64,000 bases of DNA, taken from NCBI GenBank assembly GCA_000146465.1, contig CP001948.1. One strand, 5' to 3'. Shown one piece after another: positions 41,435 to 50,568 of the stretch (its first letter is position 1; every line of letters starts with the position of its first letter). The notes beneath the pieces are model-generated. The model was not told the DNA's origin. It made no database searches and worked only from the letters and a program-made list of their open reading frames with translations. The position numbers and the translations under genes are program-made.

Positions 41435-42553
41435 ATGGAAGGAATTGTTCAGGAAGTAATACAGTGCATGCTTGGAGCAATTGTAAGGAACAATGCAATC
41501 CAGATGATAATTCTCTACTCGGTGTTTTATTTCACAAGGTGTGCAAAGCGCCCGGATGTATTCTACAGCGGAATGAAAAGGGACTCTGTCTTCAAGATGG
41601 GGAGCCTGCATAGAAGCTATTATCCCCTATTTTTTGCACCCTTTGGAACCATCCAGACCGTTCTTCAACTATTCCGAAGGCCCATGTTCCTTGAGAGAAT
41701 AAGTATTCAGGTGAAGACGCCCCACAACGGGTCGATCCTGCTTGACCTTGTGGAAGGTGACAAAAATTCCAAGAAGAATGCACTTCTAGTCCACGGATTC
41801 AATGGGTCGGGAAACTCAACGTACATGAGGGGACTGGCAGGGCATCTTTCAAAAGAAGGGTACAGAGTCTTCTGCTTTAATGCAAGAGGTATCAGGTCGA
41901 AGCTCAATAGTCCTGTGTTTTTCCATATAGGATGGACAGTGGACTTGAAGGCAGCCGTGGAGTTTATTCTTTGTGACTATCAAGGGACACTGGAGATATT
42001 TGGGTTCAGCATGGGAGCCAACTGGGTAGCAAAGTTTTTTGGAGAGGAGAAGCTCGATCCCAGAATAATAAAGGGAGGGGCTGTGTGTCTTCCATTTGAC
42101 TTCTTCAAAATAGGAATCCACTTTCTGAAGAATCCGTACACTAGGCTATTCAACAAACTACTGGCAATGAACTTTGTAAAGTATATCAACAGAAACAAGG
42201 ATGTATTTAGAGATGCAGGGTATGACATGAATATGATAAGAAAGTGCAGTAGCGTCCAGCAGATAGACATGATGGTAACAACAAAAATCTTCGATATCAA
42301 GGACGTCAATGAGTACTACAAAAACCAGTCGTGTGTGAACTACATCGATCAAATAAGTGTTCCTTTCATCATACTCAACACATACGACGACCCGATCATC
42401 CCCCCATTTTCAATAGACAAGGAAGTGTGCATGAGGAACAAAAACATACTGTTGGTAATAGCTCACAAGGGAGGGCATCTGGGCTTTCTGTCAAATAGGC
42501 TGGATAGAACTTGGGCAGAAGATGTTCTAATGGACTTTGTCAAGCACTTCTAG
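41435..42553 (+). CDS. Alpha/beta-hydrolase (ABHD1/ABHD3 / YheT-like family)
   Basis: LLVHGFNGSGNS, the nucleophile elbow GFSMGAN, and a C-terminal acid/His region HKGGHLGF. Confidence 0.6.
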   Translation: MEGIVQEVIQCMLGAIVRNNAIQMIILYSVFYFTRCAKRPDVFYSGMKRDSVFKMGSLHRSYYPLFFAPFGTIQTVLQLFRRPMFLERISIQVKTPHNGSILLDLVEGDKNSKKNALLVHGFNGSGNSTYMRGLAGHLSKEGYRVFCFNARGIRSKLNSPVFFHIGWTVDLKAAVEFILCDYQGTLEIFGFSMGANWVAKFFGEEKLDPRIIKGGAVCLPFDFFKIGIHFLKNPYTRLFNKLLAMNFVKYINRNKDVFRDAGYDMNMIRKCSSVQQIDMMVTTKIFDIKDVNEYYKNQSCVNYIDQISVPFIILNTYDDPIIPPFSIDKEVCMRNKNILLVIAHKGGHLGFLSNRLDRTWAEDVLMDFVKHF

Positions 42554-42626
42554 GCATGGCGGAGAAGAAATGTGTCGATTATTAAAGCATGAGTTTATTG
42601 CATCTATGCCCTGGAATATCCTGACT

Positions 42627-43646
42627 TCAAAGATCAAATCCCCTTGCAGCCAACTCACTCCGGACAATTTCTCTATACACTCCTTCAAGCCCGTCGAGTT
42701 CCATGGGATTAAGTTTAATCATCCTCAAGATCTTGTCTTCACAATCCTTGAGAACGGGTCTGGAGCCTTCAGGCATCTCGTTGTTGACCTGGTTTATGAT
42801 CTTCTTAAGATCCATCAAATAGTTTGGCCCAACAATCTTCTTCTTGTGTGCAGCACTACAGTTGAGCTTGAGCTCGAGGCAATCCAGAATTTCTTTTGTA
42901 GGTAGACTTTCCTTGGCATAGAAGATAGGGGCATCATGCTTCGAAGATGAAAGTTCTCCATCGGCCAAGATACAGTATGAAGTCTCGTTGCGCTTTGCCA
43001 AGCAATAAATCTCATACCTCTGTGGTTTCATTTCACAATTCTCCACTATGTATGCTGTGTCTGGATCCATGTTGCTAAGCTTGCTTCTTATGACTCGGAA
43101 CTCATCGTCCAGATGAACAACTCGAAAGTGCGCCGATAGACAGCTGCGCAGCTCCTCTAAATACATCCTCGACCTTCCCATCAGAATTATAACAGGCATC
43201 GAGGGGCTTGGGGACAAATGGATAAGACGGCTGGTAGCACTAGTCTTGTGTGAAACGGCTAATGAGGTTAGCCAGTCTTTCCTTGTTTCAGGGTCGAACG
43301 CCGAAGTTTCGTCCCATGAAACGATCGTGTTTCGTGTTTGAGAATAAATAGTAAGGTGAAAGAGACTCAAAACCAATATGCTACTGTCTCTGATATTCCC
43401 TCTTGTAGTGCTGGGAGAAAAGTTCGATGGATATGGACCCACGGCATTCGACATCTCTCTGAGCCCCGAGATTCCTCTTGAGGAGCTTACGGGATATGGT
43501 ACAAAGCATGCCAAAGAGAGAAAGAACAAAGGATTTGGAGATTTGAGTCTGGTCGACTTCAACATGGAGACAGAAGATAGCTTTGACAGAAATAAGCTGG
43601 TCGAGATTGCTTGGAATGTCTTGGACTCTTCCCACGGAACAATCAT
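42627..43646 (-). CDS. Hypothetical protein; the true start is probably internal (e.g. MPVIILMGRS...)
   Basis: 339-aa ORF whose first ~110 residues are low complexity and antisense to the next gene. The C-terminal ~190 aa look globular. Confidence 0.3.
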   Translation of the reverse strand: MIVPWEESKTFQAISTSLFLSKLSSVSMLKSTRLKSPNPLFFLSLACFVPYPVSSSRGISGLREMSNAVGPYPSNFSPSTTRGNIRDSSILVLSLFHLTIYSQTRNTIVSWDETSAFDPETRKDWLTSLAVSHKTSATSRLIHLSPSPSMPVIILMGRSRMYLEELRSCLSAHFRVVHLDDEFRVIRSKLSNMDPDTAYIVENCEMKPQRYEIYCLAKRNETSYCILADGELSSSKHDAPIFYAKESLPTKEILDCLELKLNCSAAHKKKIVGPNYLMDLKKIINQVNNEMPEGSRPVLKDCEDKILRMIKLNPMELDGLEGVYREIVRSELAARGFDL

Positions 43647-44313
43647 GACTATGCAATCAATCAGGAAGGGAGAGATCGATGCTTTGTCAATAAGGGCTCT
43701 TGGCCACTACGAGGTGCTGAACTCATCAGAAGGCTCTTACAACGTCCAGGAGGCGCCGATAACATATCTTCCAATCGTCTTTGACACACTGGTTCTTGAC
43801 CACAAGAAGAGTGGGTATGTCCGAAATCCAGAGAACAATAAAATCATCTATGCAAGCTGGGCAATATTCGAGCACAAGCGAACAAAGAGATGGTTCACTG
43901 TGGTCAATGTTGACATGTACAGCGCATACTCGGAGAAGACCGATGTCCAAATGGCAAATATTCTAGAGGATATGAATCGGGAGCACACAGTGGACTCCAA
44001 CCCGGTGTTCTTCATGGGGCACATCAATGCAATCTCGGACAGGCTTCAGAAGGTGATTGAGGACAAGTACATAAATCCTTTGGATGTAGACAGGAACGCA
44101 AAGGAAGGACCCAAGTTCACCATGAAGAATCTCCCAGATATTCTTGGCAATTTCCAGAGGGACTTTGTGTTGGTTAGAGATGCGTCATCCAAGGTGGTGA
44201 GAGTCAACTATGCAAGAATACTAAGAAAGGGCCTTCCCACCCTCCACTATCCCATTCATGCAATAGTGTCGTTTGAGGCGGGGGACCAGCACCGTACACC
44301 CTCGGCTGCCTGA
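43378..44313 (+). CDS. Hypothetical protein, 311 aa
   Basis: ORF with no secure motif. Its 5' end overlaps the upstream antisense ORF. Confidence 0.35.
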   Translation: MLLSLIFPLVVLGEKFDGYGPTAFDISLSPEIPLEELTGYGTKHAKERKNKGFGDLSLVDFNMETEDSFDRNKLVEIAWNVLDSSHGTIMTMQSIRKGEIDALSIRALGHYEVLNSSEGSYNVQEAPITYLPIVFDTLVLDHKKSGYVRNPENNKIIYASWAIFEHKRTKRWFTVVNVDMYSAYSEKTDVQMANILEDMNREHTVDSNPVFFMGHINAISDRLQKVIEDKYINPLDVDRNAKEGPKFTMKNLPDILGNFQRDFVLVRDASSKVVRVNYARILRKGLPTLHYPIHAIVSFEAGDQHRTPSAA

Positions 44314-44373
44314 ACAATAATAAACCACCTTTTGTGATGTTTTGAATAATTTTTCGGTAAAAGCAGTCCCTTC

Positions 44374-44676
44374 ATGATTGAAGGTCTTTCGACGTTTTCT
44401 GGACGCACCATGCCAAAAGGATCTGGAATCTACTCGGTGATGAACGACGGCAGGACGATACTGACGGCATCGAACAAGGAGAGAAAGCTTATCCAGCGAA
44501 AGATCAATCCACGAGATATCCGATGGACGACGACAAGTAGGGAGTTCTTTGGAAAGGAATCCCAATATGTGGTTGAGAAGATGAATGTGCAGAAGGTCAA
44601 GATCGTCCGTGGATTTAGACATATCAGTGCTGGCTTGCTTGAAAAAGCCAGGCAGACAGAGTCTTCAAGAAAATGA
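44374..44676 (+). CDS. Small basic protein, weakly SRP14-like
   Basis: SGIYSVMNDGRT resembles SRP14 SGSVYITLKKYDGRT. The rest of the alignment is weak. Confidence 0.25.
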   Translation: MIEGLSTFSGRTMPKGSGIYSVMNDGRTILTASNKERKLIQRKINPRDIRWTTTSREFFGKESQYVVEKMNVQKVKIVRGFRHISAGLLEKARQTESSRK

Positions 44677-44747
44677 AATCGCTTTATTTTTATGTCTTAA
44701 TCTTCTCTATTGAAATTGGAAAATTTGGTTCTCTATAAACAAAAAGG

Positions 44748-45368
44748 ATGGGTATAGGAAATCACCAGGATTCCTCGGATGGCCGTTTACCTGCTCTACC
44801 GGAGCTTGAATTCAGGATGACATATGGCGGAGAAAGATATAAGACCTCGATTCTGTCCAAGGAGATTGTTATGGGTCTGAGGGAAGCTCTCCAGGACAAA
44901 TATAAATATTCCCTGAGTTGGAAACTTCTTTTCTCCACATTTGAAAATGGATTTTCCTACAGAACCTTTCTTTCAAGCTTTGAAAGAGACGAACTACCTT
45001 TTGTACTTGCCTGTAGGACCAGGGATGGAGAGCTGTTTGGAGCATTCTTTGAGGATAGAATTAGGGTGTCCAGGACCATGTATGGGAGGCCATCCACTTT
45101 TTTGTTCACCACAGCCCAAAACATGATCTCGGAATCCGAAGATGGCAAAGTGGCTGTCTTCCCTGTATCTCAAGGCAGTGGAGCAAATATCTATTGCACC
45201 CCAGACTTCCTTGCATTTGGTTGTAGTGGAGAAAGGTTTGGGCTGCTGATAGACAGATCATTGTCAAGTGGAGAAACACATCCGGTGGAGACCTTTGGGA
45301 AGGCCATCCTTGCATCCAACAGCCATTTCCAAATATCGTACCTCGAACTGTGGCTTATCCAGTTATGA
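44748..45368 (+). CDS. TLDc-domain protein (Oxr1/NCOA7-like)
   Basis: Pattern WKLLFSTFENGFSYRTF...LACRTRDGELFGAFFEDRI...TFLFT...FGCSG fits the TLDc consensus. Confidence 0.55.
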   Translation: MGIGNHQDSSDGRLPALPELEFRMTYGGERYKTSILSKEIVMGLREALQDKYKYSLSWKLLFSTFENGFSYRTFLSSFERDELPFVLACRTRDGELFGAFFEDRIRVSRTMYGRPSTFLFTTAQNMISESEDGKVAVFPVSQGSGANIYCTPDFLAFGCSGERFGLLIDRSLSSGETHPVETFGKAILASNSHFQISYLELWLIQL

Positions 45369-45465
45369 GTCTTAACCTGTCTTCAATGCTCTTTGGAAAC
45401 CAAACAACTGCACCAATCAAGAATATTTTAATATGTTTTTGGCACAATGGATTGACATGAATTCT

Positions 45466-45750
45466 TCAGAATAGGTCTGGGTATTTTGCTGCAACATCTA
45501 CAAACCGGCAATATGTCTCCATGTCAAACCCATTTCCAACGGGATGGACACTGTTTTCAACAAGTACCCCATCTTCCACAACGCCGCTAACCCGGACCAG
45601 GCCAGACTTGTAAAGTCCAACATCCTGGTGCTTAACCTGAATCTCTCTCTCCATACATTTCAGAACAACAATGCCATCCTCAACCCTCTCAAGCCTTCCT
45701 ATCACTACGACTGTCTGTCCTTCACAGTTTCTAGGATCCAGTGAATGCAT
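45466..45750 (-). CDS. RPA3-like small OB-fold protein (replication protein A 14 kDa subunit)
   Basis: 94 aa. GQTVVVIGRLERVEDG...VSGVVEDGVLVENSVHP resembles the RPA3 OB fold. Confidence 0.4.
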   Translation of the reverse strand: MHSLDPRNCEGQTVVVIGRLERVEDGIVVLKCMEREIQVKHQDVGLYKSGLVRVSGVVEDGVLVENSVHPVGNGFDMETYCRFVDVAAKYPDLF

Positions 45751-45790
45751 GGGGACAGAATATCAAACGGGAAAAATCATCCCCAACCAA

Positions 45791-46393
45791 ATGGCTCTAG
45801 AACTCAGGGCTTTATGTCTAAGCAGAAACACTACAATAGAGATGATAAAGGACAGGGGATACACAACGACACAAGAGGTGCAGACCCTCGACGAGTTCCA
45901 TGAAAAGTATCCCTTTGCCCTTACAAAGAGATCGACATTGAACTTTGTCTGTGTAGATACGAACAGACCTGTTGCTATACACTTTGGAGAGGACGAGAAG
46001 ATGGGCAAGAAAGTATTTGAAGGGCTTCTGACGCAGTATGAAAAGGACAACATATTCCATCTGATTCTGATTCTTCCGCTTGCACCCAGTCCTACAGTTA
46101 TGTCGATGATATCTCTGAACCCAAAGTTTTGCATCGAGATCTTCCTTGTTGAGGAGATGATATTTAACAAGACAAAGCATTCATGGGTTCCTCCACATAG
46201 AATCCTGTCTCGAGAGGAGAAGGAGAAGGTTTTCAATACTCTGAAGCTTGGGCCGGGAGATCTCCCCAGGATTCTGAAAAGCGATGCGATTGCTAGATAC
46301 TACGGGGCAAGGCAAGGAGATGTTGTGGAGATAGTTAGAAAGTCGAAGACCGCTGGGGAATCCATTTATTACAGGATTGTGGTGGAAAAATAA
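45791..46393 (+). CDS. RPB5: RNA polymerase common subunit Rpb5 (RPABC1)
   Basis: N-terminal LRALCLSRNTTIEMIKDRGY and C-terminal HSWVPPHRILSREEKEKVFNTLKLGPGDLPRILKSDAIARYYGARQGDVVEIVRKSKTAGESIYYRIV match Rpb5 (H.LVPKH..L...EK..LL..Y.....QLPRI...DP.A.Y.G...G.VVKI.R.S.TSG....YR). Start at the MALEL ATG; a CCCC motif lies upstream. Confidence 0.85.
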   Translation: MALELRALCLSRNTTIEMIKDRGYTTTQEVQTLDEFHEKYPFALTKRSTLNFVCVDTNRPVAIHFGEDEKMGKKVFEGLLTQYEKDNIFHLILILPLAPSPTVMSMISLNPKFCIEIFLVEEMIFNKTKHSWVPPHRILSREEKEKVFNTLKLGPGDLPRILKSDAIARYYGARQGDVVEIVRKSKTAGESIYYRIVVEK

Positions 46394-46446
46394 AGAGGTG
46401 TTTTGGCTTCTGTGTAAATTTAACTTGTCTGGCATGGCCCTGGACA

Positions 46447-46698
46447 ATGGATGGGGTTCTTGAGAAACTGCTTCTGGATACAAGATTCACAACGAACAAA
46501 ATCCCGAAGGAGTTTCTCCTGAGGAGAGTGGGTCTTGGATACAGTATAAGAAGCAAGAGATTGGATCGAGATATCATAAAGCCCTGTCTTAAGGCAAAGA
46601 AGAACAAGGAGAAAGCTTTGAGTATTCAAGAGGAGGAGTCGGAGGATGCTGGGCGATCGGAGTCTGTCAAGAAGAAAGCCCGATCAAGAAAGAACTAG
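46447..46698 (+). CDS. Small basic protein, hypothetical
   Basis: 83 aa with a K/R-rich C-terminus. Confidence 0.3.
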   Translation: MDGVLEKLLLDTRFTTNKIPKEFLLRRVGLGYSIRSKRLDRDIIKPCLKAKKNKEKALSIQEEESEDAGRSESVKKKARSRKN

Positions 46699-46750
46699 CT
46701 CCCTCGCAACCAAAGTAGATGGCTATTTGTGGCCAAAAAAAGCCCCTAGG

Positions 46751-46972
46751 ATGGGAAAGGCAAGAAGAGCCTACGAGCTAGAGATCACAAAGATCCTGGC
46801 CAAAACCATGCAAAATAGCTACAGGAAGAAGCAAGTTGAAGAATTGATAACGAGGATCTTCCAAAAAATGCAGACGATAATTGGGCCTTCCAAGAATCAT
46901 GAGGAGTTGGAAACATTAAAGTCGGAGTTTCATCTACTAAAACAAGAAGCATACTCTCTTATGAAGACTTGA
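46751..46972 (+). CDS. Small hypothetical protein
   Basis: ORF starting at the internal MGKARRAYELE. The upstream part overlaps the previous ORF. Confidence 0.25.
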   Translation: MGKARRAYELEITKILAKTMQNSYRKKQVEELITRIFQKMQTIIGPSKNHEELETLKSEFHLLKQEAYSLMKT

Positions 46973-47012
46973 AAATAGGGTTGCTTTGTTTATTAAACCT
47001 CAAAAGGATACT

Positions 47013-48056
47013 TTATCTATAGTTCTTCCACTCTCCGTCCCCTTCTTTTGAATAGTAATCCATTAGATATTCTCCTCCCTGATAGAACACTTCGAAGGGC
47101 GACAGCAATGGCTTCTTGAACAATTTCCCCCAGTCTATGCTAAGTCTGGGACACGATATTTGAACAAAACTGTCTATGAACTCATACCTTTCGAGCTTCT
47201 TGGGACTTATTTCGTCCTGCATTATCAAATAGATCTTGTATCCTTTCAGTCGGTTGACCACACTTCTCAGGATATTCTTGTTTCCCTGCCTTCCGAGAGA
47301 CCCTAGTATTACTCCAAACGATCTTCCCTTGAATGCCGTCCTGATTTCAGACCTTCTATCACTCAGCATCTTATTGTAATCATAGAACTCCTGAGTCATC
47401 CGGCGACTGAAGGGACAGTACTTGTAGAACTTCAGATGGGGGTTCCTTATCATGGCTCCCTCCAAGTGGAATCTTCCATCTCCTATCGAAATAACGGCTG
47501 AAACTCCCTCGATTTTTGGTGATGTGCACCCTAATACCTCTCCACTGCTAAGAGGTTTCACTTGCGGAAGAATACATTCCACTCCACTCTTCTCGTCATT
47601 TAGAGCCCTTCTCAGTCTGCTTATACTTGAGTTAAATTGGATCGTCCCTATCACACCTACACGCCCTTGGAAGTTTCTCTTGATCATTTCAACAGCATGA
47701 TCTACATCTATCCGGATGTCCACAAAGACATAAAGAACCCTTGTGCTCATCTCGCCTACAGGGATAAGGCATGAATGGCCGTAGTGTACAAGGAGATCAG
47801 ACCCAATGCTCTCATCGTCCACACAGCATCCTCCATAAACAACATCGTTCAGAATTATACATTCTGCATCGGTATACTTCTCTATAATGTCTATTATCAC
47901 AAAAGAGTATTTCAAAAGCCCGTCTGGGAACTGCAATGTCACCTTCTTTGCAGACTGCCTTCTAATTGTTCTCAATACCTTTCCCATCTCAAAGTTGTAG
48001 TTCCTTGGAAGATATCTCTGGCATTCTGGGACCTCCTTCTGCTCAAGTACAACCAT
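47013..48056 (-). CDS. DPH1: Diphthamide biosynthesis protein Dph1/Dph2
   Basis: VVYGGCCVDDESIGSDLLVHYGHSCLIP matches the Dph1/2 signature (TYGACCVDD...ADFLVHYGHSCL) and carries the conserved Cys ligands. Confidence 0.75.
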   Translation of the reverse strand: MVVLEQKEVPECQRYLPRNYNFEMGKVLRTIRRQSAKKVTLQFPDGLLKYSFVIIDIIEKYTDAECIILNDVVYGGCCVDDESIGSDLLVHYGHSCLIPVGEMSTRVLYVFVDIRIDVDHAVEMIKRNFQGRVGVIGTIQFNSSISRLRRALNDEKSGVECILPQVKPLSSGEVLGCTSPKIEGVSAVISIGDGRFHLEGAMIRNPHLKFYKYCPFSRRMTQEFYDYNKMLSDRRSEIRTAFKGRSFGVILGSLGRQGNKNILRSVVNRLKGYKIYLIMQDEISPKKLERYEFIDSFVQISCPRLSIDWGKLFKKPLLSPFEVFYQGGEYLMDYYSKEGDGEWKNYR

Positions 48057-48104
48057 GTGCCCTTGGAGGGCCTGTCTATTTCATAATCGATTTCCTGGCC
48101 CAGA

Positions 48105-48380
48105 ATGGATGCAGAGGCATTGCTGAGAAACGAAGAAAATAAGAGTTTTTTGATGAAGAGACTTGAGGATCTAATAGAGAAGCATGGCTTTGACAGGAGG
48201 ATAGATGAATTTGTGGAGAATCTTGTGGGAGCCAAGATGGCCGACGTCATAGATATCAACAAAGTTTTTGACAAGTTATATGATTTCGTGATTATGAATC
48301 TACCTCCAGAGATTCAGGAAACATTCTATCATGACGTAAGAAGCTTTATAGAAAGAAGCGTTGTAACAGAGGATCAATAA
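48105..48380 (+). CDS. ENY2/Sus1-like small helical protein (SAGA/TREX-2)
   Basis: 91 aa. The helix pattern LMKRLEDLIEKHGFDRRIDEFVENLV...VIDINKVFDKLYDFVIMNLPPEIQETFYHDVRSFIE matches the ENY2 fold pattern. Confidence 0.45.
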   Translation: MDAEALLRNEENKSFLMKRLEDLIEKHGFDRRIDEFVENLVGAKMADVIDINKVFDKLYDFVIMNLPPEIQETFYHDVRSFIERSVVTEDQ

Positions 48381-48452
48381 ACAATATCCTTAACTCATGT
48401 TTCGTCTCTGATGTCTCGAAGACAAGACAAGGTTTCGAATAGCTATTGATAA

Positions 48453-49811
48453 GTGTCCCTAGAAGTGGAAAAGGAAATGAAGAGGCGGGCTTACATCTGT
48501 TTCTTTCTTGGGATTGCAACCTGCGAGATCTTTTTAACAACCATAAGACCGATTGACAACCCTAATGTTCTTATGGTTTCTGGAAAAAACGTTGTACTCA
48601 CGGCGAACAGGGAGGACGAGATGGCCACCTTCCGTGTCGAGACCCAAGACAGGAAATCCAGGTTCCTTGGAATAAAGTTTGGGAAACGGAAGCATACTGT
48701 TCTCATATCACCGGGGGACAACCCGAATCTTTATATGAAGTACAGTAAGTCGGATGGGAGGCCTACCATGGGGAAGAAAAAGAAGTACTGGGAATACAAG
48801 GAGATGAAGGATGGAGGCTACATGCTTAGTTCAAGCAAAAACAAGTGTTTGGGAGTGGTTGGGAATAGCTTCAGGATCTCCGAGTGTGGAACTGGAAAAG
48901 GCCAGGTGTTTGTTTTTGAAAGGAGAGACTACAGCGAATCTTCAAGCACTTCTAATTTTGAAGAGCAGATTTCTATTTCTTCGGAGGTTCCCTTGGTTCC
49001 TCCGGTCTCTCAAACTTCTTTGGTTTCTTCAACTTCTCGGTCCTCTCTTGTTTCTTCAACTTCTCCAACCTCTCTAACCTCTCGGATTCCTCAGTCTTCC
49101 TTTGTTTCTCAGACTTCTCCAACCTCTCGGGTTCCACAGGCAATCCAGGCCAGCCAGGCTTTCGAGGCATTGTTTCCATTTGATGAAAGTAATGACTCCG
49201 ATAGCAATAGCGACGACATGAAGCCCGTGTTTATTAATCTGGATATGAAGGACAAAAAGACAAATACAGAAACCCAGGAAAGCAGTTCTCCCATTTCGAT
49301 TTCAACGATGACAGTTTATGTATCTGTCACCAAGTCTCTTTCCGCAGGAGCGGTGTCTTCTTCACCAATAGTGACGATCATCGACAAGTTTCCGCCTGTC
49401 AGTGCCAAACTTCCTCCAAACGTGACGCTTATTCGGAACAGGATTGCATCTTCCGAGGAATCGCAGTCTTCTTGCGAGTCAAGTGATTCTTACTTGGGAA
49501 ATGAAACAGTATCTCACAAAAGTTCCAGCAGAAGCTTAGGAGGAGCCAAGAACGATGCAAATCTGGACTTTGATCTTGAGTTTTATCCAGAGCTGGGGAG
49601 GCTCCTAGACGATAGTATCCGCAAAAAGAAAGAAGAAGAGCTTCGGAAGGAAGCAACAGCTAAAAGGGCTCGAGGGAATCCTCTGGGCGAAGAAAGAAAA
49701 GACGGAGAGTTCTTTAGTGCCTTGGCATATTTAGATACCTCCATCCCAAATCCTTTACGCCAAAACCTAGCGGAAGCACAATCTGCCTGTGCAGACATTG
49801 GGCAAGTATAA
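48453..49811 (+). CDS. Secreted beta-trefoil (ricin-B-lectin-like) protein with a Ser/Thr-rich repeat stalk
   Basis: Signal peptide MKRRAYICFFLGIATCEIF. N-terminal domain with KCLGVVGNSFRISECGTGKGQVFVFE. Central S/T/P-rich imperfect repeats SQTSLVSSTSRSSLVSSTSPTSLTSRIPQSS... and an acidic C-terminus. Confidence 0.6.
   Translation: MSLEVEKEMKRRAYICFFLGIATCEIFLTTIRPIDNPNVLMVSGKNVVLTANREDEMATFRVETQDRKSRFLGIKFGKRKHTVLISPGDNPNLYMKYSKSDGRPTMGKKKKYWEYKEMKDGGYMLSSSKNKCLGVVGNSFRISECGTGKGQVFVFERRDYSESSSTSNFEEQISISSEVPLVPPVSQTSLVSSTSRSSLVSSTSPTSLTSRIPQSSFVSQTSPTSRVPQAIQASQAFEALFPFDESNDSDSNSDDMKPVFINLDMKDKKTNTETQESSSPISISTMTVYVSVTKSLSAGAVSSSPIVTIIDKFPPVSAKLPPNVTLIRNRIASSEESQSSCESSDSYLGNETVSHKSSSRSLGGAKNDANLDFDLEFYPELGRLLDDSIRKKKEEELRKEATAKRARGNPLGEERKDGEFFSALAYLDTSIPNPLRQNLAEAQSACADIGQV
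48990..49140 (+). repeat. Imperfect in-frame tandem repeats of ~27 nt encoding S/T-rich peptides
   Basis: Recurring units tcaaacttctttggtttcttcaacttctcggtcctctcttgtttcttcaacttctccaacctctc...cagacttctccaacctctcgg. Confidence 0.6.
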
Positions 49812-49845
49812 TATAAATAAATGTAAATGGATGCCAACTCTCTGT

Positions 49846-50502
49846 TTAATAAGGAGCCCTTCTAAGCCGGGTTATATCGACCACGCCTATAATTTTCTCT
49901 ATCTTTCTGAATATATCGTACATCTTGTGAATCATTTTACGGGTTCTAGCCTTTTCATTAAGCTTCAGCACGGCCTTGAGTGAAGGAATCATCACGAAGG
50001 TTTGGGAATTGTCTCCAGGATTGCAGTCTGTAAAGGAAAGTGCCCATCCGCTTACTCCCTCATAGTTGATTTCGTTTCCAACTGTAAGACACTTTCCTTC
50101 CGATATAAGCTGGAATTTCACACTGTTTGGAAGCCTTTTCAAGTAGATGGAGGACGGTGAGATCTTCATCCTCACGCCTTTCAGGGAGGAGTGAACGTCT
50201 GCTATTTCTATGCAGCGCTCCTTCTTGAGCTCCAGCCACACCTTCTTTGAAAAGCTCTCGTACTTCAAGTCAAAAACCTGGTTTTCCATCATCTCCTTAG
50301 AAAACTCAGAGAGTAGGGCTGGTAGGCTTATTCTTTCTGGATGGATGGTGTCAAACACGGTTAAGGGTTGATTCCGGTGCAGCACATTCAGCATCATTAC
50401 CCCGTCATAATCGGAGTTCCGAAGATGCCTATTGGACCTACCACAAGGCCCATATCCTCTTTGGAATGAATATGCAAATGCAAAGAATAACAACAACATC
50501 AC
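49846..50502 (-). CDS. Secreted beta-trefoil (ricin-B-lectin-like) protein
   Basis: Signal peptide MMLLLFFAFAYSF, and KCLTVGNEINYEGV...CNPGDNSQTFVM shared with the other lectin-like paralogs. Confidence 0.5.
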   Translation of the reverse strand: MMLLLFFAFAYSFQRGYGPCGRSNRHLRNSDYDGVMMLNVLHRNQPLTVFDTIHPERISLPALLSEFSKEMMENQVFDLKYESFSKKVWLELKKERCIEIADVHSSLKGVRMKISPSSIYLKRLPNSVKFQLISEGKCLTVGNEINYEGVSGWALSFTDCNPGDNSQTFVMIPSLKAVLKLNEKARTRKMIHKMYDIFRKIEKIIGVVDITRLRRAPY

Positions 50503-50568
50503 TTCCTTGTTTTGGAAAGATATTTAACTTGTGTTAAAACCTGTTCCGAAACAGTTTAAAGCTTTGTG

